Shown here: one piece after another, positions 52,121-64,000 of the stretch
Layout of the letters: each line of letters starts with the position of its first letter
How positions within the stretch are numbered: position 1 is the first letter of the stretch
DNA from: Lama glama
Taxonomy: Eukaryota
DNA: 64,000 nt
Direction of reading: 5' to 3'
Assembly (NCBI GenBank): GCA_028534125.1
Contig: CM052817.1
Coordinates: forward strand, 63,614,001-63,678,000
Notes under the pieces: generated by a model
The model's input: only the letters and a program-made list of their open reading frames with translations
Database searches by the model: none
Told to the model about the DNA's origin: nothing
Made by a program: the position numbers and the translations under genes

Positions 52121-53329
52121 ATATCACTCTTTAAAGAAATTTGTCTTAAGATTTACATCTTTGCAGTTTTGTCAAATAGTCACTAAAGTTAAAACAAATG
52201 CCTGAACAAGTAAAAAACTGTATCTTCATTACATCTAGATTTGGAATAAACTATATTAAAGTTACTGGGCAATGAGCACCTAACTTTCATTGAAGGGTAT
52301 CTTTTTTTTTTTGCTATAAATTAATATCACATTATCAGTAGTCATCTTACCAATGAGATTTTATTTTTTTCTCTCATATCTACTTAATAAGAAAAGAGAG
52401 AAAAATCATCTATTTAAAGAAAATAATCTAGAAATTGGAATTAATATCTGACTATTATTTAAGTATTACCAAAGAATAACAGTTCTCATACAGCTAGGAG
52501 TTAAATACACAAAATGAAACTATATGTTTAAAACAACAGAGTCTGTTTTTTATATTATTTCATTCAAAATTTAATTAAATGGTTTTGAGAACAGAATAAA
52601 CAATCAAAAATATATTTTACATCTAAATCCAGTACACTTCAATTTTTACGTCTGGAGGAGGGCTGTGTCCTTACTGCCTAGTAACAGCTTACTGTGGAGA
52701 CCCCCGTGCGTGGAGCAGAAAGCATACAGTGAGTGGAGGTGAGGCACCCCTACCCTAGCAGAAGAAGGCTTCCCTGGTGTTTCTATTCACTGAGGAAACT
52801 GTTTCAAGCCCCCAGCCCTTCTACAAGCCTTGTTTTTTATTCGGCCTCTGAAATCTGCAAGAGCTATTGAGCCTCAACTGGCTTCTCCACTGGCTTTAGA
52901 GTTTAACTGCTCTTAAGTGTGACCTCACTGACCTCCGTCCTAACTTCGGATTTCAGAACTTCAGTTATTCTGTGCTAATTACTGTATTTAACCTTCGACC
53001 CTCTGTTTCTAGACTAGAGTTGTGACTGACTCAGTTTCAGCTCCTCCCTGAGTTACCTTGTTTGTATCCTATGCCACCTGCGGTTCCTATTGCCCTTTTG
53101 ATAAAAAGAGCAAAATATTTTAATGAGCATTTCACTGCTCAACAATAAATATTTATACATACATTGGAAGGACCTACCTTATACAAAGCATTTCCAGCTC
53201 CTATTCTAATTTCCTCGTCTCTTCTTTCTGCAGTAACCTTCAACTGATCAAAGAGACTTGTCCTCCATATTTCTCAATCCTTCCTACTCACCAGACAAAT
53301 CTGAATGACAGGAAAATAATATTTAGACA

Positions 53330-54790
53330 GTGCTAAATGGTGTGGAAAAGATTGGAGGGGGTATTTCTCTGTATGTATATAGTTGATTAGTTTTGACTTT
53401 TAAAAGCATATTAATGTTCTACATATCAAGAAGATATCACTTGCAAACAGAAACAAATGAACCTAACTCTATTTAAAACGAACAACACAGCCATATTAAA
53501 AGAGAAAAAAGTATCCACCGTGTTTGAACATAGTACAAAGAAAATTCGGTACAAAGAAAAAGAAAACTACAAACTAATCTTGAACTCTTTTGGAAGCCTT
53601 GTTCGGCAGGTATGGATACAGCAATTCTGAAACTATGCATGGTACAGTTGAGCAAATGCATAAATGTGCTAGTGTGGCCCTCAGAATGGAAGAAGTAAGT
53701 AATGAATGTGCAATGAAGAAAAACAAGGAAGAACTCTGTGGCAGGTGACTGAAATCAGAGGCAAGCATGAACTTAAATAACTAACTCACACACACACACA
53801 CTCTCTCTCCCTCTCCCCCTCTCCTGAAAGGGCTAGAAACAACCACATCATAACAGCAATGAGCACATCTAGTACCCAGATACTGACTTCTAAACACCAT
53901 AACTTACTAAAGGAAACTCGCTCCTTGGAAAAGTGGTTGAGTCCAGGACTTGACCAGGGAAGGTACAAAATGGTTCTGTGATATTTTCCTATACCAGAAA
54001 TGAAATGCCCAAAAAGTGCGAAAATAAATGATGGGGGAAGGCACAGCAAAAGATCCTAGGAGCAGTTTGAAGGGGCTAGCACTGGCCAAATCTCAATGAG
54101 CATCAGAAATAATTTTTGCAGTCATGGGTTAGAATCAAGTGACTATAATAGAGATCTATCAGTAATAACGATCATAAATACATAGGCAGAAAGATTAACA
54201 AATAAAGAGGAATGGGGGGTTCTTCTTTTACGATAAATAGTTTACTGATAAATATGGACTGAGTGTCAGAGTTAGAAAAATCCCTGTTTGGTAACCACTA
54301 TAGTAAAAATTGGTTTGGGCAAGAATCATCAATTGATGCTAAATACAGGTAGAGAAAGGATGATGAGAAATAGAATATTTATATAATCTCAAAGTATCTC
54401 CCTATATTACTTATTAATTATAAAAAAGAATCATAGTATCTATACAGTAGATAAAATGGACAAAACCTTAACCAAATGACCTTACCAATAAGGGACTAAT
54501 AGGCACCCTGTGCCTCTAAATGTGATACCCTCAAAAATACACATATCATATACGTAACATTCCAACCATAAATGCATAATCTGAACCTCATCATGAAGAA
54601 ACACCAGAAAAACCAAAAATGAGAAAAAAAAAAAATCCCTCAACTTCTCAAAAAATATCACCATACTGAAAGACAAAGCCTATGTTAGTTTAAAGAAGAT
54701 TAAAGACACATGACAACTAAATGCCAAGCACGATCTTGGATTGGATTCTATAGCTCCCAAAAGTGGTATAAAGAAACGAATTTCTGGGAT
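53330..54790 (+). mobile_element. Old L1 (L1MC-like) 3' region
   Basis: AATGAGCACATCTAGTACCCAGAT, TCTCAAAGTATCTCCC, CATGACAACTAAATGC..GATCTTGGATTGGAT motifs. Confidence 0.7.
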
Positions 54791-54912
54791 GATAGAATAT
54801 ATTTGAAATGTAATTAAAACAATTTAAATTACTTTTATAATTTTGTTACCAAAAACATTGGTATAGTATATTGAAAGTTCGACATAGTAGTGCAGGGATC
54901 ATAATTTCTTAC

Positions 54913-55122
54913 TGATATTAGCTGTGGGTTAGTTTCGTTACTGTACACATGTGAAAATAAATGACAGCTTTCAACTGAATCTGATGGAAGAGGAAGTATC
55001 TTCTGCAACTGTGTGGATGATGTTGCCCTCAAGTTATTACATGATTTTAACTGACCAAGATATACGTCTGTGTTCTCTTTAATTTCTGGACCTGACCATT
55101 TGCTCCACAATGGTGAGGCAAA
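54913..55122 (-). pseudogene. Candidate coding-like exon (210 nt; or 263 nt using the acceptor at 55175)
   Basis: Acceptor attatttctcttAG, donor TCA/GTAAGA; 70 stop-free codons in phase 0-0 (FASPLWSKWSGPEIKENTDVYLGQLKSCNNL...NPQLIS) in apparently non-repeat DNA. No homologue recognised. Confidence 0.4.
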
Positions 55123-55351
55123 CTAAGAGAAATAATCCCTCAAACTGAAGTTTGACTGCTTGAATACAATGCTTCCTAAAGAATTTTAAGACTAGCATCA
55201 GATTGTTGCCCTTAATTATATATTTTATTTCTAATCTTTTTGCATGTGTTTGCTTTTTTAACACTCGTTATCATTTTAGTTTTCATTCAATGCATATTTT
55301 CAGAATGGCCTAGGAGTCTAATGGCAGAAGGGTTTCTAAAGGATATAATCT

Positions 55352-55479
55352 ATTTTCTTGGCGAAGGGGGGGAGTATTTAAATTTGCATATTTGGTTTTC
55401 GAGGGCATACTGGGGATTGAATCCAGGACCCTGTGTATGCTAAGCAGGCGCTCTACCACTTGAGCTACACCCTCCCCCC
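55352..55479 (-). mobile_element. tRNA-derived SINE (camelid vic-1-like)
   Basis: Reverse complement GGGGGAGGGTGTAGCTCAAGTGGTAGAGCGCC..GGATTCAATCCCCAGTA, same family as 9919; approximate target-site duplication TCTA(A/G)AGG(A/G)TATA. Confidence 0.85.
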
Positions 55480-57070
55480 TCTAGAGGGTATATTATGTAA
55501 CAAACACCTGCACTTTCAAGGCTCAGCCATTTGGTTACTTCTTTCGTATTCTCCATCAGACTGTTGCCTCTGCTAGTAACCACTGCTTGTTAGTCATTAC
55601 TCTTATCCTGTATTTGGTAAGTTTCTTTTTTTCAAGCAATAGCTTGAAAATGCTTTTTTCTTACATGCAATAGTTGTTATTAAATCTTGACTGAACATCT
55701 TGCATAACAGTTTCCAAAATCTTTTAAGTCAAGACAGAATTTCAAAATATGAAGCATATTATAAATTATATTTTATGTGTTTACTTCTATTTGGAAACTA
55801 ATCTTTGGATATTAACATAAAGGCAAATGTCACGCCTTGTTTGTGCTAATGATAATGTGCTTTGGAACTCTGCATCTTCCTATGACTACTAGTCAAGGCA
55901 AGTTCAAGGATGTCAAAAATGATTTTGAAGTAAGCAGTTGCCCACTCTATCTTCCAAAGTCTGAAATCTGAAGTTGAAGCTGGATTGCAGGTTTTGGCTA
56001 GATATCAAAACAGAATCCAAACTTCCATTCATTTCTAGTTTGCATGAAAGTTTTCAGAAACATGTTTTAAACAAATGTGGGAAATGAGAAAGCGTAGTTA
56101 TTGTCAGAGATAGTAACTGTTCATAAATTTTAACTACTATTAATCAAATTCATATGTAAATAAATTTAAAATGAGTTCAATGAAATTTTAACAAGTTTTA
56201 TCCCTACGAGAGTTAAGTATTTGATCTTTAACACTAAAAAATCCTCAGGTAATTTGTAGTTGTTAAGACAAAAGCCGAGTTTATCTCCCCTCTGCAGTGG
56301 TTTAATGAAAATGCCTCAGACATCTGCAGAGCCTAAGTACAATGTGAGATCTCAGTCTTCTATATGTGGGTAATTTTTAATTTTCTTCTTTGAGTTTCTG
56401 AATTCCTTCTATTTCTATAATTCTGCCTAATTTCTATAGCAAATTGCTTTCAATATTGGAAAAAACCCGCCCACACATACTACATTAAAAATATTTTGAT
56501 GAAATAAAAAGTGCTCTATATATTTTGAAATAAAAACAGTAGCTAATATAATTTTTAAAATATGCTCTAGAACTCAAGAGCATATTCATTCACTCAAATT
56601 CACCCTAGTAATCACTACTTTGATATTGGTAATTGCATCAGATACTTGAAGTCAAATAAAACATGAGATAGCATTAAATCAGGATAGGAGAATCTGAAGA
56701 GGAAGGGAGGAAAAAGAGTGCTATAGTGAAGGCTACATGGCAGAAACAAGGCTTTACTGTATATTTATTAATACCATCAGGATTATTTTATAATCAAGAT
56801 TTAAAGAAAAAGATTAAAATACAAAAGAAAAGATCTAAACTTTCAGTTAACTGAAGTTTTTCTGCATTCTAATATTAGGAGATAAAGGCAATTTAAAACA
56901 ACTTTTATGAATATATAAATAAATGATTAATTAATGCTTACAATGTCCTCAGTATCACCTGCATTCATTCACAGTCATTGTTTTTTTCATCTACCAGAAG
57001 CACAGATTAAGCAGAAACTGTATGGCACCACAAGCCCAGCCAACTGTGTTTTAGCTTTAACGCTAACAAG

Positions 57071-57573
57071 TGATGGGCAACAGACTCTGCCATGCCAAAA
57101 TACGCTAGTTTGGCATAAGGATTATTTGAGGCCAAAGGCACCTGGGAAATAACAGATGCAAGAAGGGCACCCTCATCTCCTCTATTCTTCCTGAAAGCGG
57201 GAGATAAAGCTCCCAGGCGAAAGATGTCCTCTGTAAACCAGGAGGAAAAAAAAAATTTTTTTTGTCACAAAGATGGGGAGTTAAGGCCAAGAGAAAGATG
57301 TACAAATTTTGTCAAAATAACCCTTCTTTAGTCTTCCCTGTATATTTGAGTTACTTTTTCACAATTATTGCTCTTAGTTCAACATAGTATAAAATCACTT
57401 AGGCCTAGGTGTTTCGGGGTCTTCATTTTCCTGTGCAGATTCCCACCTACATGTGAAAATATTAAATAAAATTTGTATACAATTCCTCTTGTTAATCTGT
57501 CACATGTAAACTTAACTCTCGGGCCTAGCAAGAAATCCTAAGAGGATAAAGGAGAAGTTTTGCCTCCCTTACA
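57071..57573 (+). mobile_element. ERV1 solo LTR, MER34-like
   Basis: TG start, TTTGGCATAAGGATTATTT motif shared with the 44515 element, AATAAA at about 57465, end CCTCCCTTACA, target-site duplication about (C/A)AAG. Confidence 0.8.
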
Positions 57574-57664
57574 AAAGTAAAAAATATTTTGAACCTGTCA
57601 AACATCTTTAACATCACTGGGCCTCATTTTTTCTCATCAACAAAAGAAGTTAGAATTAAACCAG

Positions 57665-58071
57665 CACTTCCCAAATTACTACAAATTTAGAGGCTGGTAA
57701 CACAATTTATTCTACAGTTCTATGGGTCTAAAGTCCAACATAGATCTCCCTGAGCAAAAATCAAGGTGTCAGCATGGATGCATTCACTTCTGGAGGCTCC
57801 AGGGAAAAATCAGGTTCCTTGTGTTTTCCAGCTTCTGCAAGCTGCCTGTATCCATCCCTTGGCTCACGCCCCACCTTCCTTCATCTTCAAAGCCATCAAT
57901 GGGTTTTAAAAAGTCATTTGATTATTCTGGGTCTACACAGATAATACAGAATAATCTCCTCACCTCAAGGCCTTTAATTTAACCTTACTTAGGTTGCCAT
58001 GTAAGGTAAAATACTTAACAATTTCTGGGGATTAGGACATGGACATGAGGGGCCACTGTTCTGCCTACACA
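57665..58071 (-). mobile_element. MLT1-type MaLR LTR
   Basis: AAATCAAGGTGTCAGCA..TTCTGGAGGCTCCAGGG and GGGATTAGGACATGGACAT..TTCTGCCTACACA. Confidence 0.8.
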
Positions 58072-59634
58072 TACTATTTCATGTGACTACAGTTTAAGGA
58101 CATGATTGCTGATTGCTGAGAACAAAAAATTATGCAGCCCAATGAGCTTGTGAAATCCTATATTAAAAGACGTCACTTTTGGGGAGTCAAAGTATAGATT
58201 ATTACTTTAAGAACTCTAAAAGTCTTCAAAAATGTTTGTCTAATAATTATCTTATATATTTTCACACCTTTGGGAAGTTTTTCTCTTAACACTAGTTGTA
58301 AAATGCTTAAATAAAATATCTTAATTGTTTCAGCAAAAATAGTCTATGATATGTGAACTAAAAATAATCATGAATATTCAAACTCATGATCCAAAGGATG
58401 TTAAAAGTCCTCAAAAAAGGGGGGGGGGCATAACACATGTACAACTACAGGTATGTGCCCATTTTGTAAGAATCCTTTAGAATTACTGATTGAAAGACCA
58501 TGGAAACATCATACATCTTGTTAGATTTATTTCTCAAGTTAGTCTGTCAAAGAAAGGGAATTCAAAGCAAGCAATGTAACGTTACTTGGCAAGGCATTTC
58601 CTCAGTCTCTATTCTCTTAATAAGCTCAAAGTTGCTTAGTTAACTTGTCTAACAAGACAGGAACCTGAAAGGCAAGAGATTAGCTTAAATCCCACTCCCT
58701 CAAAAGCCATTTTTATAAGCAAAACCTCAGACTCTTCTGGTATATGAATCAAACTCATCAGAAAAGCCACATCCTCATCTGTGCACCTATATCTCAGACT
58801 TCAGTTTTCCTACATAATAAAAAGCCTCTGTAAACTTCTCTGTAATTTTCAATAGAGGTTAAAGCAAAAAACTGAAGTTTCTGAATCAGAAACTCTAATA
58901 ATGAGAGCAGCCCTCCTTCCTATAGCAATACAAAATTGAACATGCCTATGTTAAGCACCTAGCTGTTTAGGTACTTGGTTCGTAACTATGGCACAGTCAT
59001 GGCCTTCACTGTCCAGCAACTAAAAACTAAACACGTAGGGAGACAGAAGTTGTTAAGACTTAAGAATTTAGAAGTTTCCTATTCATTTATCATCAAATGA
59101 ACAATATCTCTGTAATCAAAGAAATAAAACACCCATCTGTTTCCAACCAAAAATTCAGGATTAAGTGAGAAAAGGAGACAATATCTACAATAAATAATCA
59201 CTATGTAACCTTCAAACTGCACCTGTCTTCTAGGCAAAAAAAGAAATCTACTTCTACAAATAAATTGATAGTAATGATCATTAGTTATAGCTATTAAATG
59301 ATATCCAACATTGATTTCTTATTCATAAAGAAGTACATATCAATATACTCAAGAGTTTCATACTACACACATACACATAACACTCAGAAAATACAAAACA
59401 TTGCCTATGTGGGTTAAAGCATTATTTTTATGCACTATCTTAATCAGGAAAACAGAAAAAAAATACCAACTAATATATTTTTTCTTTTAGGTATTAATAT
59501 ATGGCTCTTGAAAATTCAAAGTAAAATATTATAATTGGAGGCAAAATATGTTCAGTCCTCATCCTTTAAGAAAGATTTAATCCTAGGCTTTAAAATATGC
59601 CAAATAGGAGCTTGGCAGTAAATAAAATGTGTAC

Positions 59635-59710
59635 CTTCTCTTTTCTCTGAAAGATTTTTGTGCTGCTAAATTTATTACTTCATTTTATGAGCTCCACTTT
59701 CACTTAAACT
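59635..59710 (-). other. Candidate 76-nt exon
   Basis: Acceptor taattgctttaaaatAG, weaker donor AAG/GTACAC; purine-rich on the minus strand; stops in all frames. Confidence 0.2.
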
Positions 59711-60443
59711 CTATTTTAAAGCAATTACAAGGTTAAGAAGGAATTAGAATTGACTATTTCTGGGAAAACTTCAAAATTATGGCTTTTTCATTTCCTAAGA
59801 GGGAGGCTGAGACTTAACTGTTCCTACCTTTATAGGAGAAAAAAACTTTTAATTTTCTTTAACACATTCATTTACTTGTATAGATCACTCTTTACGCTTT
59901 CAAGTGCACCACACTAAGATGATCTATAGTCATTAAGCTCATGCTTTGGTGTTCAGTAATGGAGGTTCATTTTTTCTCATTTAATCAGATTTACACAATT
60001 TTGCAAACTAATTGGAGTAAACTACCTAATTAAAAAATTGTATTTTATAATTTACCAAATCTCTTATTGAAACCACTATTCCCCCATACGCCATTGTAGA
60101 TTTATACACATGCAGCCAGCAAAATTGAGTATTATATACGAATACTGTATTTAATCATCAATTATAAACCTACCGTCAGTTGGACTGGGCAAGTAGATAT
60201 TGTGAAAGAAAGTTTGGACTGACTGCATATTTACTATCTTTATCACTATAGTAAGTTTATTAACTTTTTCAGTGGGTATTCAGTACATTAGAATAAACTA
60301 CACAAATAGCTAAAGTCAAAATAGTACTGTTCCACATAGCAAATTATTACCCCATAAGAATTATGCAACTGTTCAGTAGTAGGCAAATGTAGACACTCAT
60401 TACCTGTATCTAGTCTGCAATCAAGTCACAAGATAGTACTCAC

Positions 60444-60518
60444 TCATTTTAGAGGACACCCTATCAGAATCTTCACAAGATATACACATGTAATGTAGAT
60501 AGTACAAGCTATGATTAC
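60444..60518 (-). other. Candidate 75-nt exon
   Basis: Acceptor gattattttAG, strong donor TGA/GTGAGT. Phase 0 reads VIIACTIYITCVYLVKILIGCPLK* (hydrophobic); phase 1 is fully open. Confidence 0.35.
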
Positions 60519-60744
60519 CTAAAATAATCACCAAGTTATTAATATAATCACCAGCACAGAACAAGCTATAAAGATTATCTGATAGACCATTACTTAGAAT
60601 AGATAGTGTGCACCTATCCACAGGTGAAATTTATAACATTCTACCTATTTACTTGACAGTTTAGGAAGGATCAATCACTGATAGTTTTCTACATAAATAA
60701 CTAGAAGCCATGATAAAAATTTCTGTCTTTCTCTGTGCATGTTC

Positions 60745-60812
60745 CTTTTTTTCTCTCTGTTTCTGTCTGTCTCTCTCATACACACACACACACACACAAA
60801 CACACACATATA
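60745..60812. repeat. (CT)n/(CA)n compound microsatellite
   Basis: Directly visible. Confidence 0.85.
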
Positions 60813-61209
60813 TAAACAGAGTCATTTGAATTCCTTAAGAAATTCCATTTTAGATATTAATCAAGGGTAAGTGCTTCCAGGTAAGTACAAACTATCTTAG
60901 GGAACAAGGAGTCTATTAATAGAAACCTGCTTATACTAGGCAATATTTAAGTATAAGAAAATGATAATTTGATGGGGGTTGAGTCAGTTAACAGATACTT
61001 TATTCTCACTACTTTTTCAGATATGTTGATGAATGGGTCCAATTCATTATGTGAAAAATTGCTGGACTTTCACGGAGATACAGTTATTTCAAACAAACAT
61101 CAAAGATCCTTTTCATGCCTATGTTGTAAAGATATGCTTTTCTTAGCATTTTCCTCTGAGTAAATATCATTGTCATTTTTATTTTTTGTGTGCATTTGCT
61201 ATCTTTTGC

Positions 61210-61695
61210 ACTTTTGCTTTATTGAGATATAACTGTCTTATAAATTGGGTAACTGTAAATGTACAATACGTTGACTTGGTACAATTTTGCATTTCAAAAT
61301 AATTACCACCATACTGTTTACTAACACCCTCATCAAGTCATAATTACCATTTCTTTTCGGTGGTGAGAGCATTTAAGATCTATTCTCAGCAACTTGCACG
61401 TTTATAATAGAGTATTATTAACTACAATCACCATGCTATACATTAGATCCCCACAACATCTTTGTCTTAGTACTAGAAGTTGTACCCTTTGGTGGATAAT
61501 TCCTCCATTTTCCCTACCCTCCAGTTCCAGCAAAGAGCAAAAGCTTTCACCCTTTCACCACTGAGCCTGATGTTAACTATCAGCTTGTCACATATGGCCT
61601 TTAGTATGTAGCAGGATGTTCCTTCCATTTCGAATTTTTTGGGCATTTCTGTCATGACAGGATGTTTTATTTTGTCAAATGCTTTTTTTTTCATA
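61210..61695 (-). mobile_element. L1 fragment: RT segment joined directly to an L1MA-like 3' UTR
   Basis: KAFDKIKHP...KAICDKLIVNIRLSGERVKAF in ORF 61473-61694; CACCATGCTATACATTAGATCCCCA 3' UTR motif. Confidence 0.8.
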
Positions 61696-61831
61696 TCAGA
61701 AGAAATGCAATTATAAGCTGTTTTGATTAAAAACTGCTAATGATTAAAAGTTAAGCTTCTCTCATTCTTCATTTTATTTTGTTATTTTGGGTATGATTGC
61801 AATGGTGGTTAATTTTTTACTTTTATACTCT

Positions 61832-62005
61832 ATAGCTCTGCTATCCAACAGAACAGACACTAGCCATATGTAGCTATTTAAGTTTAAAATTAAATAAAAT
61901 TCATTTCCTCGGTGGTCACCCTATCTACACTTTAATTGCTCAATTAACTGATATTATGGAACATTTTCATTATCTCAGAGAATTCTTTTGAGCAGAGCTG
62001 CTCTA
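61832..62005. mobile_element. MER3/MER33-like hAT-Charlie relic
   Basis: CACTAGCCATATGTAGCTATTTAA and GAACATTTTCATTATCTCAGAGAATTCT. Confidence 0.65.
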
Positions 62006-62527
62006 GAAGTACAACAAAGAGTGAAAAGATCATGAGGTTGGGCAATCAGCATTCCTCAGGGCTTCAGCCAACATTCAAACCCAGGCCTGTCTCCAGAGTC
62101 TGCATTTCCCACTGCAGCAGGTATTTGGCAACCAGTATTACCAATTGGCCAAAGATACTCTGGTCAACAATACCATTTCAGCAAAATTTATACATATGTA
62201 ACAGCCACTAACAGTTATATACAATTTTGACACAACTCACTGTTACAGATAACACTATAGGAAAATTTTAAAAGAAAATCAGGGAAAAGAAACATAGATT
62301 GATTTATACTTAACTAATAAAAATGATAGTTCCATGTGTCCGGATTCAACCTACTTTCAAAAATAATTTGGAATTAATTATACTATGAAATCTAAACATC
62401 TAGCATCTTATCAAAATATTGGAACTTAACTCATCAATTGTTTTTTGAATTTAATTTTGTAGTTCAGTAAGTGAAAAATGATTATTGTAACATTATGAAA
62501 GAAATGTTCCCAAAGAAAGGAGGATAT

Positions 62528-62855
62528 CATAGTCAATTTGGGCTGCTATAACAAAAATACCATATTTTGGGTTGCTTAAAGAACAAATATTTATTTCTCA
62601 TAGTTCTGGAGGCTAGGAAGTCTAAGATCAAGGTGCTGGCCTCTTGGTTCCAGGTAAGAGTCCTCTTTCTGATTTTCAGAGGGACATCTTGCTGCATCCT
62701 CACATCCTCTTCTGAAAAGGGCACTAATTCCATCTGTAATGGTTCTACTCTCATTACCTAGTTACCTCCCAAAGTTCTTATCTCCAAATACCATCAAATT
62801 AGGGATTAGGGTTTGAACATATGAATATTATGAGGATACAAAATTGTTTATAGCA
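62528..62855 (-). mobile_element. MLT1A-like MaLR LTR
   Basis: GGGCTGCTATAACAAAATACCATA..TTTATTTCTCATAGTTCTGGAGGCTAGGAAGTC; TAGGGTTTGAACATATGAAT. Confidence 0.85.
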
Positions 62856-63091
62856 AGAAAGGACAACTGTGTGCCCTGAAACCAGATCCTTGCAATTCTT
62901 TTAAAAATAGTTCCAATGTGCTTTAAAAAAAAAATCAGAAATGGAATTATTTTCTAAAATGGGAAGATTCTGAAGAAGCCAGAGTTCTAAAAATGTGTAC
63001 TGTAGTTGATCTGATCTGAAATTCTTCACTTAATCTTTCCAGCCCAGCCATGAGTCCCTGTTCCCTAGATCTAGCTACACTAGGAATCTTT

Positions 63092-64000
63092 TGTTGACCT
63101 AAAACAGACAGACCTCTAGACATTTCTCAAGCAAAGATGGGTTTACTTGGGATCAGAAGAGAAGTAAAATTCAGTGTCTGTAATCATGGTAAGCCACATG
63201 CAAGAATCCACACAGCAAGGGAAGGAGAACACTTTAATAAAAAGGAAAAGGAAGTTGGGAGGGCTACAGTAAACAAAGAATCCATGGCTTTCCATTGGCT
63301 GAGTCTCCCTTCTAGTCTCCCAACTCTATTTAATAGAGGTTTGTGTTTACTAATTTTTTTACATTTTTCCCCTTTTAATCAAGATCTTTCTCTGAAAGCA
63401 TCACTGATCAAGAGTCAGATTTTTTAATTTCAGTGGCTTTTTTGCCCTGAATGTCAGGAAGTATCTTTCCTGGGTGTAGTGTCTCACATCAGAGGAAAAG
63501 TACACAGACTGAAAACCTGTTAAGGTCCTTGAGTAACAAGGAGGGGTAGGAGGGAGAATTCTCAGGTATGTTTTATATAAAGTCCATATGTTATCAAGAT
63601 AATAGTCATTACAGATCATCTGAAGCATTATGTCATCATCCAAGGTTTGGAGACAAACTGCCAATAGGCCTGGTCCAGGTATCTTGGGAAAGCTGTCTCA
63701 TCAGATATTATCTACTTCAATTCTGGAAAACGTTTACTTTCATGTCACCAGATGATGTGTAGTTCCAGTCAGGGTTTGGTGTGTTCTATAGGGTGTCATG
63801 TAAATCCAAGAGTCTACTTCTTGAAGTTTGGCGGCAAAAGTTTTGGTTAGTGGTACCTGATAAGGACCTCTCCAGTGAGACTGAAAACAGTTCTTCTGGA
63901 GGTGTCTTTTCCAACACACACAAGTCTCCAGATTGTAAGATGTGATGCTTAAGGTCTTCATCTCCCAAGGGTGCACTCTAAAAAGATTGCTCTACCAAAG
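63092..64000 (-). mobile_element. ERV1 provirus 3' end: LTR (63092-63363), polypurine tract and internal sequence with degenerate integrase C-terminus
   Basis: Minus strand AAAAGGGGAAAAA immediately before TGTAAA (63363); WRGPYQVPLTKTFAAKLQEVDSWIY (GPY/F integrase tail) in ORF 63740-63976; LTR ends GTCAACA. Confidence 0.85.

Noticed and set aside
59635..59680. bZIP-like peptide NLAAQKSFREKRR in one minus-strand frame
   Set aside because: Stops immediately upstream and no leucine zipper follows; probably chance.
63740..63976. 78-aa ORF as a host gene
   Set aside because: It is a frameshifted ERV integrase tail.

Overview
AT-rich mammalian genomic DNA, most likely from a camelid (inferred from two tRNA-derived vic-1-like SINEs, the L1 3' ends, and no recognisable Alu, B1, Bov-A2 or PRE1). 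A large part of the window is interspersed repeat: nested L1s of several ages, seven ERV1 LTRs including the 3' end of an env-less provirus, MaLR/ERVL LTRs, L2, MIR, CR1/L3 and DNA transposon relics. There is one 500-N assembly gap inside a young L1. I recognise no intact, nameable protein-coding gene; the six-frame ORFs are mostly repeat-derived or spurious. L1 and LTR orientation bias suggests the window lies inside a minus-strand transcription unit. I found about ten minus-strand exon-like segments with canonical splice sites that can be chained in phase but contain stops (candidate decayed gene or lncRNA), and a small CpG/ETS promoter-like patch at about 39.8 kb next to a young LTR. Repeat family names come from recalled consensus similarity, not from a database search, and most boundaries are approximate.
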